A stretch of DNA of 64,000 bases from Comamonadaceae bacterium (GTDB lineage: Bacteria > Pseudomonadota > Gammaproteobacteria > Burkholderiales > Burkholderiaceae_C), in the NCBI GenBank assembly GCA_037141865.1, contig JBAXBQ010000003.1, positions 21,072 through 85,071 on the forward strand. Reading direction: 5' to 3'. This document shows positions 32,717 through 45,339 of the stretch, piece after piece; position 1 is the stretch's first letter; each line of letters opens with the position of its first letter. The notes beneath the pieces were generated by a model. That model was not told the origin of the DNA, ran no database searches, and saw only the letters and a list, made by a program, of their open reading frames with translations. Position numbers and translations under genes: made by a program.

Positions 32717-33994
32717 ATGAAGCTGTTTCCGTACGGCCATGCCGCGCACCCGCAGTGGCGCATGGCGGCTGGCCTGGTGCTGGCGCAAGTGCGGGCCCAG
32801 ATGGCCTTGCACGCCTATGCCAGTGCGCCAACACTGGCCCTACTCTACATAACCGATCACTACGCAGCTCAGTCGCAGGATATTCTGGACCACCTAAGCG
32901 CTGAGCTGCCTGAAATTACCGACTGGGCAGGTACCGTTGGCATCGGCATTGCGTCCAATAACGTCGAGTATTTTGACGAACCGGCGCTGACCTTGATGTT
33001 GTGTGAACTGCCACCTGAACAGTATCGGGTGTTCTCTGGAGTGGCGCCGCTTGCCCTGGGTTTTGAGGTACACACTGCCCTGATTCATGCCGATGGCAAT
33101 ACGCCCGAACTGAGCGAGCTGATCAATGAGATGGCTGCGCGCACAGCGTCGGGTTACCTGTTTGGCGGTTTGTCGTCAAGTCGAACGAAAGCGGTGCAAT
33201 TTGCCGTCGGCGGCAATGGCAACATCAAAGGACACGGCGCCGCCTCAGGTGTTTTCAGTGGTGGCTTGAGTGGGGTAGCGTTTGGTCACCGGGTGAACCT
33301 GGTGTCGCGCGTCACGCAAGGATGTTTACCGGTGTCAAAAGTGCATCGGGTTACGGTCGCCAGCAACAATGTAGTGACCGCGCTGGATGGCGAACCGGCG
33401 CTCGATGTGATGCTGCGCGACCTGAATTTGTCGCTGGACCAGCCCGAGCAGGCCCTGATGGTGGTGCGCGCTACCCTGGTCGGCTTGATGCATTCGCCAG
33501 ACCATGCAGGTGGCGCAGGTGACGCGATTGCCGTCAACCGGACCGGTAATTTTGGCAGTGACGTGATCGTGCGACACATCGTCGGGCTGGACCCGGCACG
33601 CCGTGGTGTTGCCGTCTCGGACCATTTGGAAGTCGGCATGCAACTGGCTTTTTGTCAGCGCAACGCACAGGCCGCGAAGGCTGATCTGATGCGTGTTTGT
33701 GCTGAAATTCGGGAGGAGCTGGAACCTGAAGAATTGCCGGTTGAAGCGGTGACGGCCATGGCTGCGTCGGAGGCAGAATTTGCACCGCATCCGGCGCGCG
33801 GCATCGCAGGTGCAGTCTACGTCAGCTGTTCCGGACGCGGTGGTCCGCATTTTGGTGGTCCCAGCGCCGAACTGCAGATCGTGCGCCGGGCCCTGGGCGA
33901 TGTGCCGCTGGTCGGTTTCTTTGCCGGTGGTGAGATCGCTCGCAACCACCTGTATGGTTATACCGGGGTGCTGACGGTTTTTACCGGTGATTAA
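32717..33994 (+). CDS. FIST-domain signal-transduction protein
   Basis: 425 aa with FIST_N/FIST_C-like organisation, C-terminal FFAGGEIA motif. Confidence 0.7.
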   Translation: MKLFPYGHAAHPQWRMAAGLVLAQVRAQMALHAYASAPTLALLYITDHYAAQSQDILDHLSAELPEITDWAGTVGIGIASNNVEYFDEPALTLMLCELPPEQYRVFSGVAPLALGFEVHTALIHADGNTPELSELINEMAARTASGYLFGGLSSSRTKAVQFAVGGNGNIKGHGAASGVFSGGLSGVAFGHRVNLVSRVTQGCLPVSKVHRVTVASNNVVTALDGEPALDVMLRDLNLSLDQPEQALMVVRATLVGLMHSPDHAGGAGDAIAVNRTGNFGSDVIVRHIVGLDPARRGVAVSDHLEVGMQLAFCQRNAQAAKADLMRVCAEIREELEPEELPVEAVTAMAASEAEFAPHPARGIAGAVYVSCSGRGGPHFGGPSAELQIVRRALGDVPLVGFFAGGEIARNHLYGYTGVLTVFTGD

Positions 33995-34054
33995 ATTCTG
34001 GGCGGCGCAAAAATATGTTTAAACGCTACGGCACTAAATTGACAGTGCTGGCTA

Positions 34055-36923
<2,869 letters not shown>

Positions 36924-36986
36924 GGTTCGTTTCCGGTTCAACACCAGCAGGATGACGTGGGCGCAGGATGTCAACGGTTGGCGGCG

Positions 36987-38111
36987 TCACCAGTCCACCA
37001 GACTCAGGCCGATGCTCAGCACGGTGCGGTGGCGGTTGTAGTCCACCAGTGAATCGCCGTAGCCGGTAAACAGTTGGGTGTGAAAGCGCAAACCGTTCTG
37101 GTTGCCCGGTACGCCCTGGGTGCCCAGTCTTCTGAGCCACTCCACGCGCAGCGAACCGTTGGTGTCGGCCCGCAGCGAGTGCCGCAGTGTGGCGCCCAGC
37201 GTGTTGTCGGCATTGATGTTCCAGAAGCCCGCTACTTCGGCGCGACCAATCTTGTCGGCGATGTCGGGGTTGTCGTCATCGGCCGGGTCCTCGTTGATGC
37301 GTTGCCAAACCTTGCCTTCCAGCCGAAACTGATCGCCCTTTTCCATACCCGCCAGCAGCACGGTGCGGTTCCAGCTGCGCGACAGGGGTAGCGGTTGGCC
37401 GTTGGACTGATGCACCGCGCTGATGCCGGCGTAGCGCAAGCGCCAGCCCAGTGGCAATTGCACGTCGCTTGGGTAGATGTAGGTGATCTCCGGTTCGTGG
37501 TCGGTGGTGCGAAACGGGCGCGACAGGTCGCTGCTGAAAATCTGCCAGTTGGATTGCTGGCTGTAGCCAAACCACAAAGAGTCGCGCATGAGCGACCGCT
37601 GGTGGGTCAGCAGCCCTTGCAGTATCTTGGTTCGAATCGACAGCTGGATGCGGTTTTCGCTCGGGCTATAACCGATTGCTGCAGTTGCCGTGTGACCTGG
37701 TGACGGCGAATTGGGCTGGGTGTTGACGCTGTCGGAGCCAATCCATGACAGGCTGATGGGGTGAAAACCCCGAATGCCAAAGGTGCCGCAGTCGCTGCCA
37801 GCCTCCAGTTCCCAAGAACGCGAAAGCTCTGAAAACTGGACGCTCTTGCAGTCATGGGCGACCGGCACCGTCATGGTGACCGTCACCGGTACTGGCGCGG
37901 ATGTAGCCGTGGTTGACGCAGCAGGCAGTTGCGTCGCTGCCCAGTGGTCAAAGCAGCTCAGACGTGCTTCGCGGTCTTGCGTCAGATCAGCGCACTGTTG
38001 CCATGTCGTGCTGCTGGGCAACGCCGGCTCTGGTGCCCGTACTGTTTGGGCTCGAACCCCGGTAGTCATCGCGCAAACCGCTATTGAAACGACAGTAGAT
38101 AAAGTCTTCAT
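36987..38111 (-). CDS. pldA: outer-membrane phospholipase A (OMPLA)
   Basis: Signal peptide MKTLSTVVSIAVCAMTTGVRAQ, active-site HQSNGQ motif, beta-barrel repeat pattern. Start at internal ATG 38111. Confidence 0.85.
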   Translation of the reverse strand: MKTLSTVVSIAVCAMTTGVRAQTVRAPEPALPSSTTWQQCADLTQDREARLSCFDHWAATQLPAASTTATSAPVPVTVTMTVPVAHDCKSVQFSELSRSWELEAGSDCGTFGIRGFHPISLSWIGSDSVNTQPNSPSPGHTATAAIGYSPSENRIQLSIRTKILQGLLTHQRSLMRDSLWFGYSQQSNWQIFSSDLSRPFRTTDHEPEITYIYPSDVQLPLGWRLRYAGISAVHQSNGQPLPLSRSWNRTVLLAGMEKGDQFRLEGKVWQRINEDPADDDNPDIADKIGRAEVAGFWNINADNTLGATLRHSLRADTNGSLRVEWLRRLGTQGVPGNQNGLRFHTQLFTGYGDSLVDYNRHRTVLSIGLSLVDW

Positions 38112-38139
38112 GGGCCTGGATCCGAAACGTTGGCATAGC

Positions 38140-40287
38140 TTACACCGGTCGCACCGTCGCCAGCGCCGCAGCGCTGTCTTGCGTCTTCTTGGCAAACTCG
38201 GCGCGCAGCGCCTTGAGCTTTTCGCGCGGGTCCTCACGAACAGTAGCTTGGTCCAACGCCATCTCAGCAATGAAGCGGCTCGGTTGGGCGGCAATCATCT
38301 CACGCCCCTTCTTTCGTTTGCGTGTCCAACTGACCGCCAGGCTGCGTTGGGCCCGGGTGATGCCCACATACATCAGGCGCCGCTCTTCCTGCAGGCGCTC
38401 AAGAATATCCTCGCTCATGGGGCCGTCGGCGCGCCCGGTGGGGTTGACATCATCGCCCAACTTGAACGGCAGCATGCCTTCGGTCACGCCCACCAGCATC
38501 ACGTGCGGCCACTCCAGCCCCTTGGCAGCGTGCAGCGTCGACAGAGTCACCACGTTCTGCTCCTGCTCGCGCTCGTTGATGGTGGACAGCAGTGAGACGG
38601 TCTGTGCCACTTCCAAAAGTGACTTGACTTCGTTCGTGGAATTCACGCCCGCCACATCGTCAATCTGGCCGCCGCAGCGTGCCGACATCCAGTCGCAAAA
38701 ATCCACCACATTGGCCCAGCGCGCCGCGGCCAGCTTCTCGCTGTCCTCACCATCGCGCAGGTGTTTCTCGTAACCGATCTCCTTGAGCCACTCCAGCAAG
38801 AAACTCCGCGCCGCCTGCGCGCCCACTGTGTGACGGGCCCGAAACTCAAGGTCGTTCACGTAGCGGCCAAATTCGTGCAGGCTACCCACTGCTTTGCTGC
38901 CCAACACACTGCCCAGGGATGACGAGAACAGGGCTTCGAACATGCTGACCCGGTAGCGGCTGGCAAACGCGCCTAGCTGTGCCAATGTCTGATGCCCAAT
39001 GCCGCGTTTGGGTGTCGTTACCGCGCGCAAAAAAGCCGGGTCGTCATCGTTATTGATCCACAGGCGAAACCAGCCGCACAAATCCTTGATTTCAGCGCGG
39101 TCGAAGAAACTGGTGCCACCAGAGACTTTGTACGGAATCTGCCCCTTGCGCAAGGCTTTCTCGAAGGCTTTGGCCTGGTGGTTGGCTCGGTACAGCACGG
39201 CAAAGTCCTTGAACTCCTGAAACTGCGGCCCACTGCTGGTTGTGCCGCCAGCGCGCAGGCTCTGGATGCGCGCCACCGTGCGCTCGGCCTCGTGCTCTTC
39301 GCTGTCGGCGTCGACCACCCGCACCGGCTCGCCTTCGCCCAGGTCACTCCACAGGTTTTTGACGAACAGTTTGGGATTCGGGCCGATCACATTATTGGCC
39401 GCTCGCAGGATGGCGCCGGTGGAGCGATAGTTTTGCTCCAGCTTGATGACCTTGAGGGTGGGAAAGTCGATCGGTAGCTTCTTTAAATTATCCAAAGTAG
39501 CGCCGCGCCAGCCGTAGATCGACTGGTCGTCGTCGCCCACCGCCGTGAAACGAGCGCTGGTGGCCGGGTTACCACCCACCAGATACTTAAGCACCTCGTA
39601 TTGCGTAGCGTTGGTGTCCTGGTACTCATCGACCAGTACATGGCCCATCAGTCCCTGCCACTTCTGGCGCATCGGTTCATGATTTTGTAGCAGCTTGAGT
39701 GGCAGGCTGATCAGGTCGTCAAAGTCGACACTTTGGTAGGCGCTGAGTCGTTCTTCATAGTGCGCCATGATGCGCACAATGTTGCGCTCGCTGTCGTTGC
39801 CAGCCAGCGCAGCCGCGCCCTGGGCGTTGAGCCCCATGTTTTTCCACCGGCTGATGGTCCATTGCCATTGACGGGCGGTGGCAGCATCGACCGTGCCGCC
39901 GGCGTCCTTCAGGATGCTGGTGACATCGTCGCTGTCCAGAATCGAGAAGCCGGGTTTAAGTCCAAGTGCCGCGCCATCCTGGCGCAGCATGCGCACGCCC
40001 AGTGCATGAAAAGTACAAATGACCACCTCTTTGGCGGCCCGGCCAATCAGACCTTTGGCGCGGTCCCGCATCTCGGCGGCCGCCTTGTTGGTGAAAGTGA
40101 TGGCCACAATGCGTTGCGGTGCCAGGCCGGCCTGGATCAGACGCGCAATCTTGTGCGTGATGACCCTGGTTTTGCCGGAGCCAGCGCCCGCTACCACCAG
40201 ACACGGGCCATGCATGAAGTTGACAGCCTCTTGCTGGGCCAGGTTAAGGCCGTTAGACGCGCGGGCGTGGGGAAGGGGAGATGACAT
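38140..40287 (-). CDS. rep: ATP-dependent DNA helicase, Rep-like (UvrD/Rep SF1 family)
   Basis: LNLAQQEAVNFMHGPCLVVAGAGSGKTRVITHKIARLI closely matches the Rep N-terminus. Also VDEYQDTN and TLHAAKGLEW motifs. Confidence 0.8.
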   Translation of the reverse strand: MSSPLPHARASNGLNLAQQEAVNFMHGPCLVVAGAGSGKTRVITHKIARLIQAGLAPQRIVAITFTNKAAAEMRDRAKGLIGRAAKEVVICTFHALGVRMLRQDGAALGLKPGFSILDSDDVTSILKDAGGTVDAATARQWQWTISRWKNMGLNAQGAAALAGNDSERNIVRIMAHYEERLSAYQSVDFDDLISLPLKLLQNHEPMRQKWQGLMGHVLVDEYQDTNATQYEVLKYLVGGNPATSARFTAVGDDDQSIYGWRGATLDNLKKLPIDFPTLKVIKLEQNYRSTGAILRAANNVIGPNPKLFVKNLWSDLGEGEPVRVVDADSEEHEAERTVARIQSLRAGGTTSSGPQFQEFKDFAVLYRANHQAKAFEKALRKGQIPYKVSGGTSFFDRAEIKDLCGWFRLWINNDDDPAFLRAVTTPKRGIGHQTLAQLGAFASRYRVSMFEALFSSSLGSVLGSKAVGSLHEFGRYVNDLEFRARHTVGAQAARSFLLEWLKEIGYEKHLRDGEDSEKLAAARWANVVDFCDWMSARCGGQIDDVAGVNSTNEVKSLLEVAQTVSLLSTINEREQEQNVVTLSTLHAAKGLEWPHVMLVGVTEGMLPFKLGDDVNPTGRADGPMSEDILERLQEERRLMYVGITRAQRSLAVSWTRKRKKGREMIAAQPSRFIAEMALDQATVREDPREKLKALRAEFAKKTQDSAAALATVRPV

Positions 40288-40367
40288 TCAGATACTTTGG
40301 GCGAAGCCGGGGATCATACAGACGCATTGCGCAGACCCGCCTCCCAAGTCCTGCAACAATAGCCGCC

Positions 40368-41333
40368 GTGCTGCAAATTCTGCTGATTACTTTTCCCTTC
40401 TTCGCGCTGGTGTTGTGCGGCTACATTGCAGCACGTCGGCGTATGTTGCCGCTGGAGGCGATCCCGGGTCTGAACGGTTTTGTGCTGTTTTTTGCCCTGC
40501 CTTGCATGTTGTACCGATTTGGCGCCACCACGCCGCTGGCGCAGTTGCTCGATGTCGGGGTCTTTCTAACCTGGACGTTGTGCGCGCTCATCACTGTGGG
40601 CTTTACCGTTACCGTCAGTTTGAACCCGCGCATTGGCTGGAATGACGCCTCTTTTGGCGCGCTGGTGGCGGCGTTCCCCAACAGCGGCTTCATGGGTGTA
40701 CCGCTGCTGGTGGCCTTGCTGGGTCCGTCGGCAGCCGGGCCGGTCATTGTGACCCTGCTGATCGACATGGTGATCACTACCTCGCTGTGTATTGCGTTGT
40801 CCCGGCTTGATGAAGCCGATGCCCAAGGAGCGCGCAAAGCCGCAAAAATTGCGCTCAAGGGCGCAGCCACCAATCCGCTGCCCTGGTCCATCCTGCTGGG
40901 CACGCTGGCCTCGGCTGTCAGCCTGAAGCTACCTAACCCCATTGTGCAGACGGTCGCTTTACTGGCGGACGCTGCATCGCCAGTGGCCCTCTTTACCATC
41001 GGCGCAGTGCTGGCACGTTCGCAGATGTTGGCGAGCGTACATCAGCATGCACCACCGCTATTGCGCGACTACCTGCCGGTGGTTGCCATCAAGCTGCTGC
41101 TGCATCCGCTGCTGGTGCTGCTGGTTGGGGCAGCCGCAGTCGCGTTGGGTGTGCCGCTGAACAGGTTTGTGCTGACCGTCATGGTGCTGGTGGCGGCGCT
41201 GCCGAGTGCCAGCAATGTGTCGCTGCTGGCGGAACGCTTTGGCGCCGACAACGGCCGCATTGCCCGCATCATTCTGCTTTCTACAGCGGTCGCATTTGTG
41301 ACCTTTTCTCTGGCGGTGACGCTGCTGACTTGA
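40368..41333 (+). CDS. AEC (auxin efflux carrier) family transporter
   Basis: 10-TM profile. Start placed at GTG 40368 (M)LQILLITFPFFALV. The track ATG at 40281 would overlap the divergent rep start. Confidence 0.8.
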   Translation: MLQILLITFPFFALVLCGYIAARRRMLPLEAIPGLNGFVLFFALPCMLYRFGATTPLAQLLDVGVFLTWTLCALITVGFTVTVSLNPRIGWNDASFGALVAAFPNSGFMGVPLLVALLGPSAAGPVIVTLLIDMVITTSLCIALSRLDEADAQGARKAAKIALKGAATNPLPWSILLGTLASAVSLKLPNPIVQTVALLADAASPVALFTIGAVLARSQMLASVHQHAPPLLRDYLPVVAIKLLLHPLLVLLVGAAAVALGVPLNRFVLTVMVLVAALPSASNVSLLAERFGADNGRIARIILLSTAVAFVTFSLAVTLLT

Positions 41334-41346
41334 AGTTATTCGCCGC

Positions 41347-41928
41347 TCAAGGTAGGTCCAGACCCAAGAACCCAGCCAGATCGGCTGTCGTCAGGGCGCC
41401 TTCACGGCTCACGGTCTGGCCGGTCTTCTGGTTCTTGGCAACCACGAACGGGACCGATTCTGCGCCAAAACTGTTCAGCATTCGGGTGTTGCTATTGATC
41501 GCCTGTTCGATTTCGGACGAGATGCTGCTGGCGGCCGAGATGCCGCCCCTGCCCGCCAGCAGTGAAGCTTCGTGCTCGGTCATCAGGGCGCCCGGGTTGG
41601 CAGCAGACAGGATCGCTGCGCCTTGTGCCAGACTGGTGGCGTTGATCATCCGAACCGGAATCCAGACAAACTTGACATTCTTGTGCAACGGCGCCGATGC
41701 CTGCCACAGGTGACCGCAATGCGGGCACTGCGGGTCAAAAAAAACATAAACGATGTTGGTGCTCATCAGGGCACCAACAGCAAAGCCCTTGGCCTGGGCG
41801 GAAACCGTTGCCATGGAAACCTCACGCTTTACCGAACCTGCGGCGGGCGCAGATTCCTGTGGCGAGCAGCCGCTGACCGTCAAAGCTGCGATCAGCAGGG
41901 CAGAGAAAAGAAGGCGATGAAATTTCAA
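41347..41928 (-). CDS. thioredoxin-fold thiol:disulfide interchange lipoprotein (DsbG/DsbC-like)
   Basis: Lipobox LTVSGCS, CPHC active site. Confidence 0.75.
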   Translation of the reverse strand: MKFHRLLFSALLIAALTVSGCSPQESAPAAGSVKREVSMATVSAQAKGFAVGALMSTNIVYVFFDPQCPHCGHLWQASAPLHKNVKFVWIPVRMINATSLAQGAAILSAANPGALMTEHEASLLAGRGGISAASSISSEIEQAINSNTRMLNSFGAESVPFVVAKNQKTGQTVSREGALTTADLAGFLGLDLP

Positions 41929-42177
41929 TGGGTACCTTGATGTAAACGGTGACGAAGGGCAAAAAATCCAGCCATCACCGGCTCACATTTTACCGTCGCT
42001 GTGCCACTGATGTCGCCGCTCATTGACTTGGAGCTCCCGCCTTGTATCCCCCATTTGTGGGATAGGCGCTATGATGAACAACCCTCATAATCAAATGGTT
42101 ATGGCTAGCGCTGAGTGTTTCTTGGGTTGGGACTCGGCGCATTTCCCCAGATTTAAATAAGTCCCCTGAAATCATTT

Positions 42178-42813
42178 ATGGTTGAATTGTTGACGATCCT
42201 GGTGCTGGTCTTCAGCGCAATTTCGATTGTGCTGATGGTCCAACTGCGGCGCGCGCGAATTCAGGGTGAAGCATTGCACAACAGAATTACGGAACTCAAT
42301 ATTCGTGAGAAATTGTTGCAGGCACAGGCCAGTCACGACAGTCTTACCGGGTTGGGCAACCGAACACTGCTGGCGGACCGTTTCTTCTTTGCGGTGGAGC
42401 GTGCCAAACGCAACCAAAAGCCGTTTGCGATAGCGATGATTGATTTGAACGATTTCAAGTCTGTCAATGATGACTATGGCCATGTCGCCGGTGACGGCGT
42501 CCTGGTCGTCACTGCCAAGCGTCTGGTCGATTCGGTTCGGGCGTCGGACACGGTCTCCCGTTTGGGTGGTGATGAATTTGTGCTGCTTATGGAGTCGTTT
42601 GAAGGCACGCAAGATCTCGTCCATATTGGACGAAAGTTGATTGAAACACTGTCCCAGGAAATTGCACTTGAAACCGGTGAGCGGGTCAAAGTCGGAGCCA
42701 GCGTCGGCTTCGCGCTTTATCCTAACGATGGCACTGACATGAATGACTTACTGCACATCGCTGACAAATCGATGTATGACTGCAAGTCATCAGGGCTGAT
42801 GGGGCTAGGCTAG
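42178..42813 (+). CDS. membrane-anchored diguanylate cyclase (GGDEF)
   Basis: 211 aa. One N-terminal TM, a short coiled coil, GGDEF (RLGGDEFVLL) with an RxxD I-site (RASD) 5 residues upstream. Confidence 0.9.
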   Translation: MVELLTILVLVFSAISIVLMVQLRRARIQGEALHNRITELNIREKLLQAQASHDSLTGLGNRTLLADRFFFAVERAKRNQKPFAIAMIDLNDFKSVNDDYGHVAGDGVLVVTAKRLVDSVRASDTVSRLGGDEFVLLMESFEGTQDLVHIGRKLIETLSQEIALETGERVKVGASVGFALYPNDGTDMNDLLHIADKSMYDCKSSGLMGLG

Positions 42814-42820
42814 CAAAACT

Positions 42821-44992
42821 TCAAATCGCCAATGGATCGACGTCCATCGCCCAACGAATCAGTCCCCGGCCAACCGGTTGTTGTCGGGTGCTATGCAATA
42901 CTGTTTGCCAGGCGGCTAAAAAATGTTGTAGCGCCGCACGCGATGGGCTTTCAATCAGCATTTGGGCCCGTTCCACGTTGGCCACCCGCTGCATGCTCAT
43001 CGGCACTGAAGGATACAAGGTAACGTTTTGTGTCAGGCGTGCTGCGTCCCTCATCTCGGTGGCAGCGGCACACGCTGCCGTCAAAAAGCCCTGTGCAACC
43101 GCCTGGGAGCGCGCTTCGGCCCGCACCAGCGCCTGAGAACTGAAAGGCGGCATCCCAGCCTGCTTTCGTTCTTTGAGTTGCTCAGCGGCAAAGCCAGGAT
43201 AGTCGTGGCGTTTCAGGGCCGCAAACAAAGGGTGTTTGGGATGAAAGGTTTGTAGCCACATCTCACTGTGGGAACTGATGTCGGCATCACGGCCCGCGCG
43301 ACCGGCGGCCTGCATCAGCAAGCCAAACAAGCGCTCGGGCGCCCGAAAGTCGCTGGAGAACAACGCGCCGTCCGGATCGATGGCGGCGACCAGCGTGATG
43401 CGACGAAAGTCGTGCCCTTTGGCAATCATCTGGGTGCCGACCAACACGTCCACTGCACCCGAATGCACCTGTGCCAGGCGCGCCTGTAGTTGGCCCTTGA
43501 GTTTGGTGCTGTCGGCATCAATGCGGGCGATGCGCACCGGCTCGCCTTCGGGCTGTAGCGCACTGACCAAGTTGGGTCGACGCACGCCCGCCAGTAGTTC
43601 GGCCAGATGCTCTTCAAGTCGCTCGGTGCCGCGACCGATTGGTGCAATATCGGGGTTGCCGCAGGCCGGGCAGGTGCGTGGCACCCGTTCTGTGTAACCA
43701 CAGTGGTGACAGCGCAGGGTGCGGTCGATTTTGTGAAAAACCCGGTACGCGCTGCAATGGGGGCACTCGCTTTTCCAGTCACAGTCGGTGCAATGCAGCA
43801 CTGGCGCATAACCGCGGCGGTTCAAAAAAACCAGGCTCTGTTCACCGCGCGCCACGCGTTGCATGATGGCGTCGAGCAGGGGCGGTGAAATGACGCATCC
43901 TTTGGGTTGACGGTTCATATCCACCCGACGCACCAGCGGCAAGGCACCGCCGGTGTTGGCACAGCCGCCGGTAGCGCCGATGCGGCTGGGCATCAGCAGC
44001 CGCACGTATCGCCCGCCCTCATCCAGCGGTCGACTGTGATGCCAGCTCTCCATGGACGGTGTAGCGGACCCCAGTATGACCTTGGCGCCTTCCAGCCGAC
44101 CGCGATAGACGGCCAGGTCGCGCGCGGAGTAACGCGCACCCTCCTGGCTCTTGTAGCTGGGATCGTGCTCTTCGTCCACGATGATTAGTTTGAGATGCGG
44201 TAGCGAGGCAAAAATCGCCATGCGGGTACCCAGCACGATGCGGGCAGCGCCAGTGTGGGCGCCCAGCCAACTCTTCAGGCGTTGCGCCGGGGTCATGCCA
44301 CTGTGCAACGAAACCACGGATTTGTCGCCGAAAAGTGGTTGGAAGCGCGCCATAAATCGCTCTTCTAGCTGGGGTGTGAGATTGATTTCAGGCACCATCA
44401 CAATGGCCTGGCCAGTTGCGTCGCTTGAAAGCATGGTCTGAACGCAGCGCAAATAGACTTCTGTTTTGCCACTACCGGTGCAGCCAAACAGCAGAAAGGG
44501 TCCGTCTTCGCGCTTAAACTGGCGTATCACCAGCATTTGTTCAGACGTCAGCGGTACCTGATTGATGACGTTAGAGTCGTCTGGCAAGCCCGCATCAGCG
44601 GCTTTGGCGTGCCGCCTGAGTCGTCGCGCCAACTGCAGTGCATTCAGATCGCGCAATGAAGGTGGCAATGCGGCCAGTGCCACCTCGCCTAACGACCGCT
44701 GGTAATAACCGGCCGCAAACGTGATCAGCTGTCGCCATGCGATGGTAAGCGGCGCAATGTCGCTTAGCGTGCCAGCGACTGACCGAAGTTTCTCTGGCGG
44801 GATGCCTTGGTCTGAGTTGCTGGATGCGGGATCAGTGGGATCGTCCCACACCACACCCATTAACTCGCGCTTGCCTAGCGGCACCCGTACCAGGGTACCA
44901 GCTGTCAGTGGCAGCTCGCTGCGGTAGGTCAATGTCCGTGCCACTTGGCTGTGAGCCGGAGTCTGGACGACGACCTGGATCAGGTGACTCAT
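42821..44992 (-). CDS. priA: primosomal replication-restart helicase PriA
   Basis: Walker A GCTGSGKTEVY, VDEEHD, Cys-rich zinc insert (CTDCDWKSECPHCS...CHHCG...CPACG). Confidence 0.95.
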   Translation of the reverse strand: MSHLIQVVVQTPAHSQVARTLTYRSELPLTAGTLVRVPLGKRELMGVVWDDPTDPASSNSDQGIPPEKLRSVAGTLSDIAPLTIAWRQLITFAAGYYQRSLGEVALAALPPSLRDLNALQLARRLRRHAKAADAGLPDDSNVINQVPLTSEQMLVIRQFKREDGPFLLFGCTGSGKTEVYLRCVQTMLSSDATGQAIVMVPEINLTPQLEERFMARFQPLFGDKSVVSLHSGMTPAQRLKSWLGAHTGAARIVLGTRMAIFASLPHLKLIIVDEEHDPSYKSQEGARYSARDLAVYRGRLEGAKVILGSATPSMESWHHSRPLDEGGRYVRLLMPSRIGATGGCANTGGALPLVRRVDMNRQPKGCVISPPLLDAIMQRVARGEQSLVFLNRRGYAPVLHCTDCDWKSECPHCSAYRVFHKIDRTLRCHHCGYTERVPRTCPACGNPDIAPIGRGTERLEEHLAELLAGVRRPNLVSALQPEGEPVRIARIDADSTKLKGQLQARLAQVHSGAVDVLVGTQMIAKGHDFRRITLVAAIDPDGALFSSDFRAPERLFGLLMQAAGRAGRDADISSHSEMWLQTFHPKHPLFAALKRHDYPGFAAEQLKERKQAGMPPFSSQALVRAEARSQAVAQGFLTAACAAATEMRDAARLTQNVTLYPSVPMSMQRVANVERAQMLIESPSRAALQHFLAAWQTVLHSTRQQPVGRGLIRWAMDVDPLAI

Positions 44993-45088
44993 GCCGGTGT
45001 CCGACCTACGGGGTTAAGTTGATGTGAACTTGCGAAAACTCTCATAAGTCTATGATTTGTAAGCAATTTATACCGCATTCAGCGTTTC

Positions 45089-45097
45089 TGTGGATAA
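45089..45097. promoter_or_regulatory. DnaA box, perfect (TGTGGATAA)
   Basis: Read directly in the priA/hemE spacer. It shares the flank TTCTGTGGATA with the box at 6148. Confidence 0.5.
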
Positions 45098-45127
45098 CTT
45101 TGTTGATATCTTGTCCTCAGCGCCCTC

Positions 45128-45151
45128 AAGGCCTTGAAAATCAAGGCTTTT
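45128..45151 (+). terminator. hairpin plus T4 (intrinsic-terminator-like) with no upstream plus-strand gene
   Basis: AAGGCCTTGA-aaa-TCAAGGCTTT followed by T. 10-bp stem (one G-U), 3-nt loop. Confidence 0.3.
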
Positions 45152-45275
45152 GCTGGATTGCCCATAAAAAAAGCAAATTTAAAAATCGTTATAAATCAAT
45201 CACTTGCAGTCGCTATTGGTTTTGTAGCAGCGATCCTCTCGGCGCGAGTTGCCTTGCGCAGTGCAGCAAAACTTT

Positions 45276-45284
45276 TGTGCATAA
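45276..45284. promoter_or_regulatory. DnaA-like box, 1 mismatch (TGTGCATAA)
   Basis: Read directly, same orientation as the box at 45089. Confidence 0.3.
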
Positions 45285-45339
45285 GTCAGATGCCCGTTAC
45301 AGGTGGTCGAAAAGTGTTACGGGTTCAGTTCTCAATGAA

